The notes: generated by a model not told the origin, from the sequence alone. 63,697 nucleotides of DNA, filler included, from Octopus bimaculoides (GCF_001194135.2; 3 parts of 3 records of this genome joined end to end with filler, not necessarily neighbours in it), one strand, 5' to 3'. Numbered from the whole stretch's first letter, positions 39,100-51,731 are shown. Program-made: numbers and translations.

Positions 39100-40940
39100 G
39101 GGTAGTGTAAGTCGTGTATAGAGATACAGTCAACAAAGAGAGGATTGGCAATGAATTCACAGAGGGGACAAGTATGTCTTCTCCAAAGATTGCTCTTCAG
39201 CTCCCTCCTATTATAGTTCTCCAAGCTATAACTGAGAAGTTTAAGAATGGTTGTCATTGGGAACTCCTATGTGTTGATAGCCTAGTCCTTATTGTAGAGA
39301 TTGTTGAGAATTTAGAGATGTTTCTGATGTCGAAATGTAAACTAGTATCACAAGGCTTCAGAGTAAACTTAGCAAATGCTAAAATTTTAGTAAGCAGGAA
39401 AACAGAATTGTAGTGCCATCACAGAAATGGCTTTGTTTAGTGCGCAGAAAAGGAGTCGGTAAAAATAATATATAGTGTACTGAATGTGATCTGTTGGTGC
39501 ATGGAATCAAATGTAGGCTGAGAGTCGATAAAGATCTTGGTGGTGGTAGATGCACAGAAGTAGTTACCAGATAGAGCAATGGTTCTCAACTGGGTCCATA
39601 TGGCCCTTGAGGGTCTACATAAGATTTTTAAGGGTCCACGTAACAAAATAATAAATCGAGGATCCACAATAGTATTGTAAGGGACCCTGAAAAAATTTTG
39701 CTTTAGTTGTATGTATTGCAAGAAACAGACAGCTTTGTCTCTTTCTCTGACATTTACTTAGTTCAACCGACACAAGATAATGTGTGAAAAACAAAATACA
39801 AATTTTGAAAGAAGTTTCACTAAAACTAGTTTTTAAGCATTGAATGGTTATGGGGTCCACCAGAATAAAATAGTAATCAAAGGGGTTCATAGATAAAAAT
39901 GGTTGATATTCCTTGAAATAAAGTATCAATATGTTAGATTATTTGCAATGCTCAGAAGGCCTATCGAAGTAGGAAGTAGTTGCTAGCTTCTGTCACTTCA
40001 CGGTGGGGGAGGGTGTTCAGAAAGCATAATTGCCAGAATAAGAAAAAGCTGACAACACGGGGATAAATGATGCCTGTGCACACAAACTATGGATAGAAAT
40101 GAAGTAAGCACGGTCTGTTGGCTGTGTAGAGTTAATGTGCCTGAACAAGGCATAGATGAGCTGAGAGCAAAAACTGGATTCAATATAGTGTGTAATAAGA
40201 GTGACAATTGTGTTGGGAAAGACATGTAATACATATGGATGATGAGAGGCAAATAAAGAAGTGCTAGGAAATCCACAAACTGTGGAAGAAGAAGATAGAG
40301 GAAGACATGGGCAGAAGTGTTGAAACTGACTTTGAATACAAAAGAACACAGGAAATAGCAGGACACTGTGCAGGAGAGGACACATCCAACCCACATAAGC
40401 ATAGGAAAATGAACAACACACTCTTTTCTGCATTCGTTTCTTTTGAATGTTCTCACTGCATTCACCAGTTACTCCCCAACTCCCAACTCTCTCATTGTCC
40501 TTTCCCCACAGCTTCCCTATCACCCCAATACTCTTTCATCTCTCGCTCTCTTTTTCCCCTCTCTATCTCTCTACCCCTAATACCCCTCACTCCTCTTTTA
40601 ACCTGCAATAATCCTCTCTCTACAGCCTCTCCAGATCCCCATTTCTTTATCATGTGCTCATCATCCTCTCACACCTTTCACTCATATTCATCCTTATAAC
40701 ATAGGGTAGCATGAGATTCCCTCTCACTATCAAATCTGTTACCTTTCTATTCTATTCTCTCTCTCTCTATCTTTCCTACTAATCCTTCCCTTTTCTTTTC
40801 TCCTGTTCTTTCACTATTCCTCCAAATATTATCTATTTTGTTACTCTCTCCACTACCACTCTCTGATAGCAATAAATCTGTTCCTCTCATCATATCCCAC
40901 CCCCTTATCACCTCACCAAAAATCAGCACATTCCCTTTTA
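39100..40940 (+). mobile_element. Degraded RTE-clade LINE (RT to 3' UTR)
   Basis: IIVLQAITEKFKNGCHWELLCVDSLVL (decayed YADD region), GFRVNLANAKILVSRK, a degraded C-terminal segment and a pyrimidine-rich 3' UTR. Confidence 0.7.
39577..39915. mobile_element. hAT-type MITE inserted in the RTE fragment
   Basis: Left end CAATGGTTCTCAAC, decayed right end GGTTGATATTCCTTG, degenerate 8-bp TSD AGATAGAG/AAATAAAG. Confidence 0.6.
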
Positions 40941-41189
40941 TATTCTCTTTTCACATATGACAGTTCTTTAGTCTCAATACTTTCAAGGTGATCTCACTAG
41001 TGTTGGTGCCATGTAAAAAGTACCTTGTGCTCTAATGAAGAGCGGTTGGCATTAGGAAGGGCATCCTGCCATAAAAGCCGTACCAAAACTGAGATGTGGT
41101 CGTCCAACACAATGCATCCTGTCAAACCATTCCAACCTGTGGGAAGGTGGACATAAAATGATAGAGAAGATAATACCTATATGCATCAT

Positions 41190-42640
41190 CATCATCATCA
41201 TCGTTTAACGTCCGCTTTCCATGCTAGCATGGGTTGGACGATTTGACTGAGGACTGGTGAAACCGGATGGCAACACCAGGCTCCAATCTAATTTGGCAGA
41301 GTTTCTACAACTGGATGCCCTTCCTAACGCCAACCACTCAGAGAGTGTAGTGGGTGCTTTTACGTGTCACCCGCACGAAAATGGCCACGCTCGAAATGGT
41401 GTCTTTTATGTGACACCNNNNNNNNNNNNNNNNNNNNNNNNNNNNNNNNNNNNNNNNNNNNNNNNNNNNNNNNNNNNNNNNNNNNNNNNNNNNNNNNNNN
41501 NNNNNNNNNNNNNNNNNNNNNNNNNNNNNNNNNNNNNNNNNNNNNNNNNNNNNNNNNNNNNNNNNNNNNNNNNNNNNNNNNNNNNNNNNNNNNNNNNNNN
41601 NNNNNNNNNNNNNNNNNNNNNNNNNNNNNNNNNNNNNNNNNNNNNNNNNNNNNNNNNNNNNNNNNNNNNNNNNNNNNNNNNNNNNNNNNNNNNNNNNNNN
41701 NNNNNNNNNNNNNNNNNNNNNNNNNNNNNNNNNNNNNNNNNNNNNNNNNNNNNNNNNNNNNNNNNNNNNNNNNNNNNNNNNNNNNNNNNNNNNNNNNNNN
41801 NNNNNNNNNNNNNNNNNNNNNNNNNNNNNNNNNNNNNNNNNNNNNNNNNNNNNNNNNNNNNNNNNNNNNNNNNNNNNNNNNNNNNNNNNNNNNNNNNNNN
41901 NNNNNNNNNNNNNNNNNNNNNNNNNNNNNNNNNNNNNNNNNNNNNNNNNNNNNNNNNNNNNNNNNNNNNNNNNNNNNNNNNNNNNNNNNNNNNNNNNNNN
42001 NNNNNNNNNNNNNNNNNNNNNNNNNNNNNNNNNNNNNNNNNNNNNNNNNNNNNNNNNNNNNNNNNNNNNNNNNNNNNNNNNNNNNNNNNNNNNNNNNNNN
42101 NNNNNNNNNNNNNNNNNNNNNNNNNNNNNNNNNNNNNNNNNNNNNNNNNNNNNNNNNNNNNNNNNNNNNNNNNNNNNNNNNNNNNNNNNNNNNNNNNNNN
42201 NNNNNNNNNNNNNNNNNNNNNNNNNNNNNNNNNNNNNNNNNNNNNNNNNNNNNNNNNNNNNNNNNNNNNNNNNNNNNNNNNNNNNNNNNNNNNNNNNNNN
42301 NNNNNNNNNNNNNNNNNNNNNNNNNNNNNNNNNNNNNNNNNNNNNNNNNNNNNNNNNNNNNNNNNNNNNNNNNNNNNNNNNNNNNNNNNNNNNNNNNNNN
42401 NNNNNNNNNNNNAGAGTTACTACCTACTCCTTTTCTACATACTGAGCAGGGCCATCTACCTGAAGGGGTTTGTGTTTTATCTACCTTCCTACTTATTAGG
42501 ATTTTGGTTTTAGCTAGGTTGACTCTAAGGCCCTTCAATTCTAGACCTTACTTCCACACCTGAAACTTCTCCTCTAGTTCTGATAGTGACTCCGCAATTA
42601 GGGCAAGGTCATCAGCATAGAGGAGCTCCCAGGGGCAACC

Positions 42641-42645
<5 letters not shown>
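41190..42645 (-). mobile_element. 5'-truncated RTE-clade LINE spanning an assembly gap
   Basis: 42414-42645 encodes GCPWELLYADDLALIAESLSELEEKFQVWK*GLELKGLRVNLAKTKILISRK..WPCSVCRKGVGSNS. 41190-41417 is the 3' UTR ending in (GAT)n. The middle is N. Confidence 0.8.
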
Positions 42646-42672
<27 letters not shown>

Positions 42673-42677
<5 letters not shown>

Positions 42678-42770
42678 GGGTTGAACAAAATAATGGAAAC
42701 ACCTAGCATCATAATTTTGAAATATCTATAAAACTGTCAAAAGCTTTTATGCCAAAACCGTCTCCTCAAG
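42673..42770 (+). mobile_element. Tc1-like terminal fragment inserted at a (TA)n run
   Basis: TA|CACAGGGGTTGAACAAAATAATGGAAACACC resembles a Tc1 TIR; no partner TIR found. Confidence 0.4.
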
Positions 42771-42774
42771 AACA

Positions 42775-43120
42775 ATGAATTACCAATCACCTTGGTCCTT
42801 TCTCATCTCCTTCATGAGGCTTGGCATTGTGAGACCAGCCTTCACTACTTCATTCCCATGTCTTCCTGATTCTCCCACTTCCACAAGTTCCATCCACATC
42901 ATGTCACCAAACCAGTGTACTCTTTTCTCTTGTGTGCTACATCTGACTTCTCTTATGCCTAATTTGCACTTGTACATTAGTGTTGCACATCCAGTGGAGC
43001 ATGCTAACATGATTACTGCACTATTTGAGCATGAAACTTGAAGTAGCTCACTATAACACCTGTGTTAATTCCTACACACTTTTTCAATAAGACAGTTCCT
43101 GCTAAACTAACATAATTCAC
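42775..43120 (-). mobile_element. RTE-clade LINE C-terminal fragment
   Basis: ORF 42780-43010: KLGIREVRCSTQEKRVHWFGDMMWME..NEVVKAGLTMPSLMKEMRKDQGDW. Confidence 0.6.
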
Positions 43121-43195
43121 ATGCAAAGACAAATTATTATTGAAGACCTTCAATTTATTCTCCAAAACAATATTTTCTTTAATTTTGACCAAGTA

Positions 43196-44622
43196 TCAGG
43201 TCATCCCATAAGTTCTGTCTGAATTTTGAATAAAGAAAATAAGTGATCAAAGACTATTGAAAAGGTTGCAAGACGCAACGAAAATTTTAGGAAAATAAAA
43301 ATAAGAAATAAGTGGAAATTTTACTGGTGAGTGTGTTTTAAGGCACAATAAGAAAATGACTCTCCCCAGACACAACAGAAAGTGATCAAATGTTATATTT
43401 AACTGAAATTTAATCATCAATGTACTTTCCCTCATTATCTATGACTTCCTTCCATATATTTACAAGCTTTTTAATCCCATCAATGTAAAACTCTTTTGGT
43501 TTCAAAGCCAAGAACTCTGAAATGTCAGTTTCAACCTCCTCCTGGCTTGCGAAAGTTATGTCCCCCAAATGATTCTGTAAACTATGAAACAAATGGTAGT
43601 CTGAAAGAGCAAGGTAAAGAGAATAAGGTGGATGAGGAATTTTGTCTCAACCAAGATCTTTGATCTTCTGTGATTTGATCTTTGCAGTGTGGGGTCGCGC
43701 ATTGTCCTGATGAAACATCACTCCTTTTTGATTCACTAAAGCAGGTCTTTCTTTCTTCAAAGCCTGATTGGAACACTCTAATTGCTGACAGTAGACTTGA
43801 GCATTGATTGTTGCATTAGGTGGTAACAATTCAAAGGGAATTACTCCTTTGCAATCCCACCAGATAAAGAGAAGAACCTTTTTCCCACGAAGTTCCCTTC
43901 TCAGTTGTGGTTGAGTTTTTCCCCTTTTACCAAGACACTGTTTACAATGTTTAACATTTCGATAGAAGATCCATTTCTCATCACCAGTCACAAGTCTATC
44001 CAAAAAGAGTGAAATGAGTTTGCGAGAATGGAGAGAAGAGCAGATGTCAACTTGGGATTTGTGGTTGCTTTCGGACAATTCATGAGGCACCCATTTTCCA
44101 AGTTTAGGAACCTTTCTAAGTTGTTGAAGATGACGATGAACAGTTGTATGGTTTGAACTAAGCTTTACTGCCAATTCTTCAACTGATAATGCAGGATTTT
44201 CTTCAAGTAATGCCTCAATGGGCTTGTCATCAAACTCAACAGGATGTTCTGTTCAATCTTCCTCTTCAAGGCTGAAATCTCCACTTCTGAATTTTGCAAA
44301 CCATCTTCTGCAAGTTCTTTCATTCAAGCATTCTTTCCCATAAACTGAGTGTATGTTTCGAGTCGCTTTGGCTGCAGAGTTTCCTTTTTTGTACTCATAA
44401 AGCATAATGTGCCTTAAATGCTCTTTGGATACTTCCATGTTAGAAAAGGTTTTAATCAAAGAAATTTTAATTCTATTATGCTGTAAAATAATATTTAATT
44501 AGTTTAAATGTACACAAAATCATAAAAATAATTTTTAATTGCATTAGACATTCTAAAATACTATTAAATTTCATTCAATTTTAAAAAAGGTAAAATCGGA
44601 CAGAACTTATGGGATGACTTGT
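43196..44622 (-). mobile_element. Full-length mariner (DD34D) transposon, 1427 bp
   Basis: TIRs TCAGGTCATCCCATAAGTTCTGTCTGAATTTT (from 43196, preceded by TA) and AAAATCGGACAGAACTTATGGGATGACTTGT (to 44622). Confidence 0.92.
43410..44438 (-). pseudogene. Mariner transposase pseudogene (342 codons, two in-frame TGA, no frameshift)
   Basis: MEVSKEHLRHIMLYEYKKG..WVPHELS..VTGDEKW..HQDNARPH..HPPYSLYLALSDYHLF. Stops at 44253-55 and 43647-49; the three ORF pieces share one frame. Confidence 0.92.
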
Positions 44623-45544
44623 TGTATATAAAAAATTAAGAGTGACAGTTGGAGCCAATGTAGACCAACATATGCAAATTTAATAATGTGATACTTTGGG
44701 ATAAAAACATAGGCAAAATCCAAAATGAAATACAGAAGCAATTTTTATAATTACTGGAAAGAAAATTGACAAAGACATTTTGGTGCTTGTTTTATCGTAT
44801 GGGTAGACTTTCATAATTTACTACTCTCATAAATAGTATTAACAATAACTTTCACTTTACTGTGGAGTTACAAAAATCAAAATAAGTTTAAGACCGATGT
44901 ATATTATAAATAAACAGACTGAAGACAATATTTACTTTTCACTTCATGCCAACCAAGAGCCAATATCTCATACAATCTAGTCAAAACAATATACACCATT
45001 CTATCAAATCCAAATACCCGAAAGAAAAGATTAAATGAACTAAGAGATATTCTGACTGGAAAACATTATCCACCATCATTAATTAGCAATGCAAATAAAA
45101 GAGTAGAGGCAACTGATTTTAGAATTGTAAAAACCAAAACAGAAATAAATGTTTTATTATACATTACAGTCCATAACTCTTTGAATAGTGAGGTCTTTAT
45201 TGTAATTAATCAAAATTTACCACTGTTAAAACATGACTCTGAAATGACAAAAATCTTAAAAAAAAAAGATTAAATACACAATAAAATCCAGCCACATTTG
45301 TTAAAGTAACTTTTAATAATAAGTGTCCAATTAGCTACCAATATTATACAAAACCTGACAGTTAAAATATGCAAGAGATTGAACTGTAGCATTTTTATTA
45401 ACATCAACAACAAATAAAAAAACTTATAGACCAGCTAAAACATACCACCTACACCCAGTTTCACCTTTACCTGGGTTGTTCACAACTGCTGTGAATAGTT
45501 CAGTCGCTAAGGGTGAAACTCAGTGTAGACTGTTGACTTTGGTA

Positions 45545-45631
<87 letters not shown>

Positions 45632-45974
45632 NNNNNNNNNNNNNNNNNNNNNNNNNNNNNNNNNNNNNNNNNNNNNNNNNNNNNNNNNNNNNNNNNNNNN
45701 NNNNNNNNNNNNNNNNNNNNNNNNNNNNNNNNNNNNNNNNNNNNNNNNNNNNNNNNNNNNNNNNNNNNNNNNNNNNNNNNNNNNNNNNNNNNNNNNNNNN
45801 NNNNNNNNNNNNNNNNNNNNNNNNNNNNNNNNNNNNNNNNNNNNNNNNNNNNNNNNNNNNNNNNNNNNNNNNNNNNNNNNNNNNNNNNNNNNNNNNNNNN
45901 NNNNNNNNNNNNNNNNNNNNNNNNNNNNNNNNNNNNNNNNNNNNNNNNNNNNNNNNNNNNNNNNNNNNNNNNNN

Positions 45975-46177
45975 CAGCCTGATTTGTAATGGAACCATAA
46001 TCATCAGAACCCCATACAAAGTTGCCCACCACCATAGGTGCGCGTGTATATGGTTCTGCTAATTACAGCTTAATGGTAAAATTCAAAAGTCTTCGTTTTG
46101 GCGCGCTAATTCCAGGAATATGTCTGCAGAGAATATTTACTGCATCGCATATATCCAGTATGAGAACTCGGTAAGGG
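45975..46177. mobile_element. Right end of a piggyBac-type non-autonomous element (left end in gap)
   Basis: Ends ..GAGAACTCGGTAAGGG|TTAA (TTAA at 46178-81). Confidence 0.5.
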
Positions 46178-47351
46178 TTAATATATTATTAAAAAAAATA
46201 TAGCAAAAAATCATATATTAATTAATATCGATTAATTACCAATATATATATATATATATATATATATCTATATATCTATACATACACACACATATATATA
46301 TATATATCTATACATACACACACATATATATATATATATATATAAATTAATGTAGGCTGCTAGCCGCAATACAAATCCATATAGGAAAAATTTAGTGATC
46401 ACTAATTGTGACTGTAGGGGCTAAAAACACAGTCATCACTAGAAATAAGAGTTAAAACTCTTAGAGTTGCATGAAAAGCATGTTTATATATACTGATAAG
46501 GTAGATAACTGCCCCATGAGCAAAGATGGAACGCTGGGCCACGGTTTCATCCAGTAACTAGGACGTGTCAACAGTGTGACTCCATTGCTTTGACGGAACA
46601 GCTAAATTCCTCTGTTAATATAGATATTTGCCATATAAATTTATGGCTGGTTTGGCAATATGCCAATGTGTTTACAAAAAATTAATGTTAGCAGCTAGCC
46701 ACAGTACAAAACCATATAGGAAAAATTTAGTTGTCACTAATTGTGACTGGGACTGCTACAAAATATATATGTATCATTATCATCATCATCATTTAATGTC
46801 CATTTTCCATGCTGGTATGGGTTGGATGGTTTGACAGGAGCTGGCCAGCCAGAGAGCTGCACAGGATCCATTTTGTCTGTTTTGGAATGGTTTCTATGGT
46901 TGGATGCCTTCCTAATGCCAACAACTTTACAGAGTGTGCTTGGTACTTTTAACATGATACCAGCATGGGCGATTTTATATGGTATAGGCGCTTTTATATG
47001 GCACTAGCATGAACACTTTTATGTGGCACCAGCATGGGCATTCATATATGGTACCAACACAGGTGCTTTTATGTAGCATCAGCACCCAAAAGCCTATATA
47101 CATACATGACGGACTCTCCTGTCAGTTTCAACGTATGAGGCTCTGACAACATACTCTTTCTTTGTCAATCATAATGTTTATGTCGGATGTGACATTTAAG
47201 TCCCACAAACGATTTGCAAAGAAACCCACAGATGTTACAAGTATGAGGATTACAGGTCAGTGCAGGTGGTATAGGGGGTTCCTATAAGGTTGTTATCCAC
47301 CCCTGATTGGAACTCTCCCGTATGACATGTACGCATGCTCAGTGACTTGCT

Positions 47352-47875
47352 TTAACAGTTGCAATCAGCTGAATGCACATTGCTAGTGACCTTTGACATA
47401 ATTACCCACACTCTGTGGTCAGGATTCTTTTTTGGGTTTGATGTCGGTATCGAAGGGATTACCAGACACCGGACAATACAGTGAGAACAGCTTTCACTCA
47501 CATCGTGGTATTCGATGCTGTGTACGTGTCTGTCGTGGTAAAATATGCCACTCCTTAACTGTTGCTTTGCTTTCATCCGTAGCACGAGGTAATTATGTCA
47601 TTATCTGTGAAATTCGGCAACTTACAAAAATCTTTAGATCAGGCAATACTTCACCGANNNNNNNNNNNNNNNNNNNNNNNNNNNNNNNNNNNNGTATCGT
47701 CCGATGAATTTACTTTGTTGACATTCTTCATCGACAGAATTTTTATTCCTTTCAACCTTTCAGTCAAGTCCGCCTTTCTTCCAGTAACATACTGTCCATA
47801 TAATCTTAAATATTTCTTTAACTCAGGCACAGTAAGTACTTAGATAGCTGAATCATCAAGCTGCTTTATATCCAT
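47352..47875 (-). pseudogene. Transposon-type ORF remnant with an N-terminal SAP domain and the start of a SWIM zinc finger
   Basis: MDIKQLDDSAI*VLTVPELKKYLRLYGQYVTGRKADLTERLKG (SAP consensus L-T-V-x-E-L-K..L...G....G-x-K-x-D-L-x-E-R-L), then after a gap ..HCIVRCLVIPS..HRVWVIMSKVTSNVHSADCNC (pre-SWIM CxC). Confidence 0.6.
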
Positions 47876-48160
47876 GATAAGACGTAAAACAATAACAATG
47901 GCGTGGGTAGTCTGCGGAAGTTTAATTAGCTACATGGAGCGCCGCCTAGCCAAGGGAGATAACCTACTTATAGGAAAGCCCTATATTTGCAGCCACTTTT
48001 CCCCTTCGCCTTGCACCCCGAAGGTGATGGTGTTGTCATTATGGCCATTGATGGAGGTGTGGTTATTGCTGTTGTAGACGCCATTGGTGATGTCTGCACT
48101 TCTATTTCCATTCGGGATACTGCCGTTGCTGTTATTGTTGTTATCAATGGTGATGATGGG

Positions 48161-48720
48161 GATCAATTTTAAAACGGGGGCCACATTTTTCATTAATGTT
48201 TTATGTAGTGTTTTTGGTACGGAAAGACTTTCAAACTTCGTATACTTATCTATTTTGTGTTATAGAACAGAAAAATATTTTTGTATTCGAATTTATTTCA
48301 TGTAAAAAATTGTCTTATTTCGATAATTTCAACCAATCACTGACAAGTATTCAGTTGTTTACATTTACTCCTTTGGCTGATTAAGCGATGTAAAGCGTAT
48401 TTAATCTCCATACCTTCGTTTTATTTGCTTTTTTCATTTTAAATTTGCTTTAACCCTAACCCTAACCCTACGGTTAGGGTTAATTGTTTCAGAATCGTTT
48501 GTTTATGTAGTCGGCACTTAATGTATATCGGCTGAATGGACGTCAGTGATTGGTTGAAATTACAGAAATACGACAACTTTAACATGGAATAACTTATGGA
48601 TTTCTTTTTTTTTAAAGAAGACTAAGAGAAAAAGATGTTTTATATGACACATTCTACCAGTGTTCCAAGTTTCAAAGTGTTTCGTTAATGAAAAATGTGG
48701 CCCCCGTTTTAAAAAAGATC
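48161..48720. mobile_element. Foldback MITE (Mutator-like) with a 9-10-bp TSD and internal TAACCC repeats
   Basis: About 38-bp TIRs GATC..TTTTAAAACGGGGGCCACATTTTTCATTAA. Flanks TGATGATGG(G)/TGATGATGG(T). Exact internal 19-bp inverted repeat at 48326-48344 / 48542-48560. (TAACCC)3..TTAGGG at 48451-48482. Confidence 0.8.
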
Positions 48721-48749
48721 TGATGATGGTACTGCTGCTGCTGCTATTG

Positions 48750-49400
48750 GGACTGTTGAGCCTGCTGCTGTAGCTGTAGCCTTTAGCAAAGCTGCTGCTG
48801 TTGTCGTTAGGTATACTGCCATTGCTGCCAACGATGTTGTTATCACTGATGTCCCTGCTATAGTGGTCGCTGTTAGGGGAACCGCTGCTGCTAGGGTCAG
48901 CCAGTACCTCAGCTTCATAGAGGACTGCTTTGGTGTTGCAGTGGCCCCTCACTGGGCATCTGTTGTGGTCCCTGCAAGAACATCCTGCCTCTGTTCATGG
49001 TCTAGGGGTGCTAACTAGAATGCTCTTAATAAAAAGTGACTATATCTATAGATATGGACGCATTTTCAACAGGCACAATCTTAGTCTCTTTTAGCTGTGC
49101 ATCCCCAATATTAAGAACATTCTAGTTAGCACTCTTAGATCATGAACGGTGGCAGGATGTTCATGCAGGGACCGCAACAGATGCCCAGTGAGGAGCCACT
49201 GCGAATCTAAGGGAGTTGTCTATGAAGCTGAGATACAGGTCGATGCTAGCAGCAGCAGCAACATCAGCAGCTCCCCTAACAGTGACCACAGTAGCAGGGA
49301 CGTCAGTACCAATAATAGTAGCAGCAAAAACGCGAAGAGAACCAACAGCACCATAGCCAGCGATAACAACAATAACAACATCAATGACAGCAATGGCAGT
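48750..49400. repeat. Head-to-head inverted duplication (arms about 48750-49030 and 49108-49400)
   Basis: The reverse complement of the left arm aligns with the right arm. The ORFs at 48560-48952(-) and 49149-49502(+) share YEAE..SSS..SPNSDH.SRD. Confidence 0.8.
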
Positions 49401-51731
49401 ATCCTACGTTGTCACCACGTAAAAGCGCCCGTGCTGCTGTCACATAAAAGCCCCACTACACTCTGCAAGGTGGTTGGCGATAGGAAGGGTATCCAGCCAT
49501 AGAAACCACGCCGAAACAGACAAATGGAGCCTGGGTAGTTCTCTAGCTGGTCAATTCCTGTCAAACCGCCCGACCCATGCCATCATGGAGATCGGACGTT
49601 AAAAGACGACGACGATGATGATGATGATGATGATACAAGACCGGAAAGAGCAAAGTTCAGCTGGTACATTAATTAGAGAGCCGAAGAGCGAAGGAAGGAC
49701 CTATAAATATCAGATACGACCCTCATATATTCCATCCTTCTTTTAATTCTGAGACGAATGTTCCTCAGAGGCCTAAAGCACTCTTGTTCCACATTGCAGC
49801 ATTTCTATTGGGTTGTGAATTAGTGATAGGAAGTTTCCGGATTTTTGCAAATCAATAAACAGTTTAGATTAGTTTTTTTTTTGCTTAATACCTATATTAA
49901 TATAGATTGAATTGCAGAGATAGTTCAATGGTTCCCAAATAAATCACCTCTAGAGAGACGTTAAAAATGGTTTTCCATGAAAAATCAAACGACCAAACTA
50001 TAGTTTTGTAATAATTATCTCCCTTAGAATGGAATCGTCATTCAATGTAAATTTCGAAAATGACATCAACTGCTACTCTCGAAGTAGGCTTTATTTCAAA
50101 CTAAATGTTGTTCTGCAAAAATTCGAAAATCTTTCAAACTTCATATCTTGTTTCGAGGGAAATTAATTTAATTTTTATTAGAGAGATTTTGCATTTTAGA
50201 TTGACAGCAGCTAAATTTTAAGAAAATGAGAAAAATGAATACTTGCTTTGTCTATTACATGAAGGCAGACGATATTTTGAAAAGAAAATCACGAAGCTTA
50301 CTGTATTGAATAAGAATCGCAGAAATTAACATTAGTTTTTATAGGATGGTATCAAAATATTAAGATGAAGAAAGAATTTAAAATTAGTATTAATAAAATT
50401 TCTTCCTTCTTTGTTGCACAAGTGTATCATCTGTGCACGTGGTGTTGTTTACATTTGTTTGATATAATCTCGTTACCATTGACAAAGAATGAATGTTACA
50501 AGCTTATATTATATAGAAATGTTTTGTGAAGTACTCTAACTGAAAAATAACTTTAAAATATCACTAGTTTCATTTATAACTTCAAAATAACAGGGATATT
50601 CACACAGTCAGCCTGTTTTAACAGCATCTAGTTTCAATATGGCGTTTTTTCCCCCATTTGACTGCCGCGTTCTTCAGCAGCAACAGATGTATGAAGAAAA
50701 TGTATTGAACAAAGACTTGTTGATAGATAGCATTTTAAACATGACATCAATTGCTATTTCATCAACTTAAACGAATGCAGCATAAACAAATAATATAAAC
50801 TTTATAGAGGTTAACATTTAGTGAAGGCACTCATACAGGATGGAAGAGATATAAAGATTATGAGTACCTTGCGGGAGAAAGCGTAAATGAAAGAGAGGGT
50901 GATAAGAGAAACTGTAAATGAAAAAGAGGGTGAGTAGGAGAGAAAGTGTGAGTGATACAGAGAAAGAGGACAATGAACTGTGAAAATTTCAATATACTCT
51001 CGTTCTTATGTTTTGATGATTAGCACCAATTTCTAATCCTTTGTTTAACATTGTTTAAAATTCGCTCCGGGTTTACTAATTCAATCTTGGCTTATTTCAT
51101 TTTGAAATAGAAATATATTTTTTTATATAGAATTAAAAGAAAAAAAGAAATAATATATTTTAGATAAAAAAAAATCGATTTCACCAATATGAAAACAACA
51201 AAGGGAAGTGTAAAAGAAAGAGTAATAAAAAGCAAAAGAGAAAGGGTAAATGATGGAAAGTGAAAAAGAAAGAAACAAGGAGTATCAGAGAAATAAAAAC
51301 AGTGAGAGAGAAGAGTAAGTGATAAAAAGGTGAAAGAGTAAGAAAATGTAGTAGAGAGAGAAAAGTGAGACGGAAAGCAAAAGTGATAGAGAGATAGAAA
51401 GACAAAGATAGAGTTAGACAAAGGAGGAGGTGAAGGTAAGAGAAAGGAATTGCTAGAGAGAGAGAGAGAGAAAGAGAGAGTGAAACAAAGGAGGAGGTGG
51501 AAAGTAAGGGAAGTCAAACTTCAGTGCCACATAGAGTCAACGTTGCTTGTTGTCGTTTACTGGCTGCCGTTGTTGCTGTGTAGCTTTTTACTGAGAGAGA
51601 AGAGCTTTTGAGTTCTTGTGTCTTGCTTGTATGAGGTTGGGAAGAAAATGGTGCGATGATTGTAAGATACATGTTTCTTCCCGGTGGATATACGCGAAAC
51701 AGGTGTAGATGTTATCGGCATATTTTCAGCA

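Noticed and set aside
43410-44438. Active or domesticated (SETMAR-like) transposase
   Set aside because: Two in-frame stops, intact TIRs and no fused SET exon; an ordinary dead copy.
48451-48482. Interstitial telomere or chromosome-fusion scar
   Set aside because: Only three units plus one inverted unit, located inside a TIR/TSD-bounded MITE.
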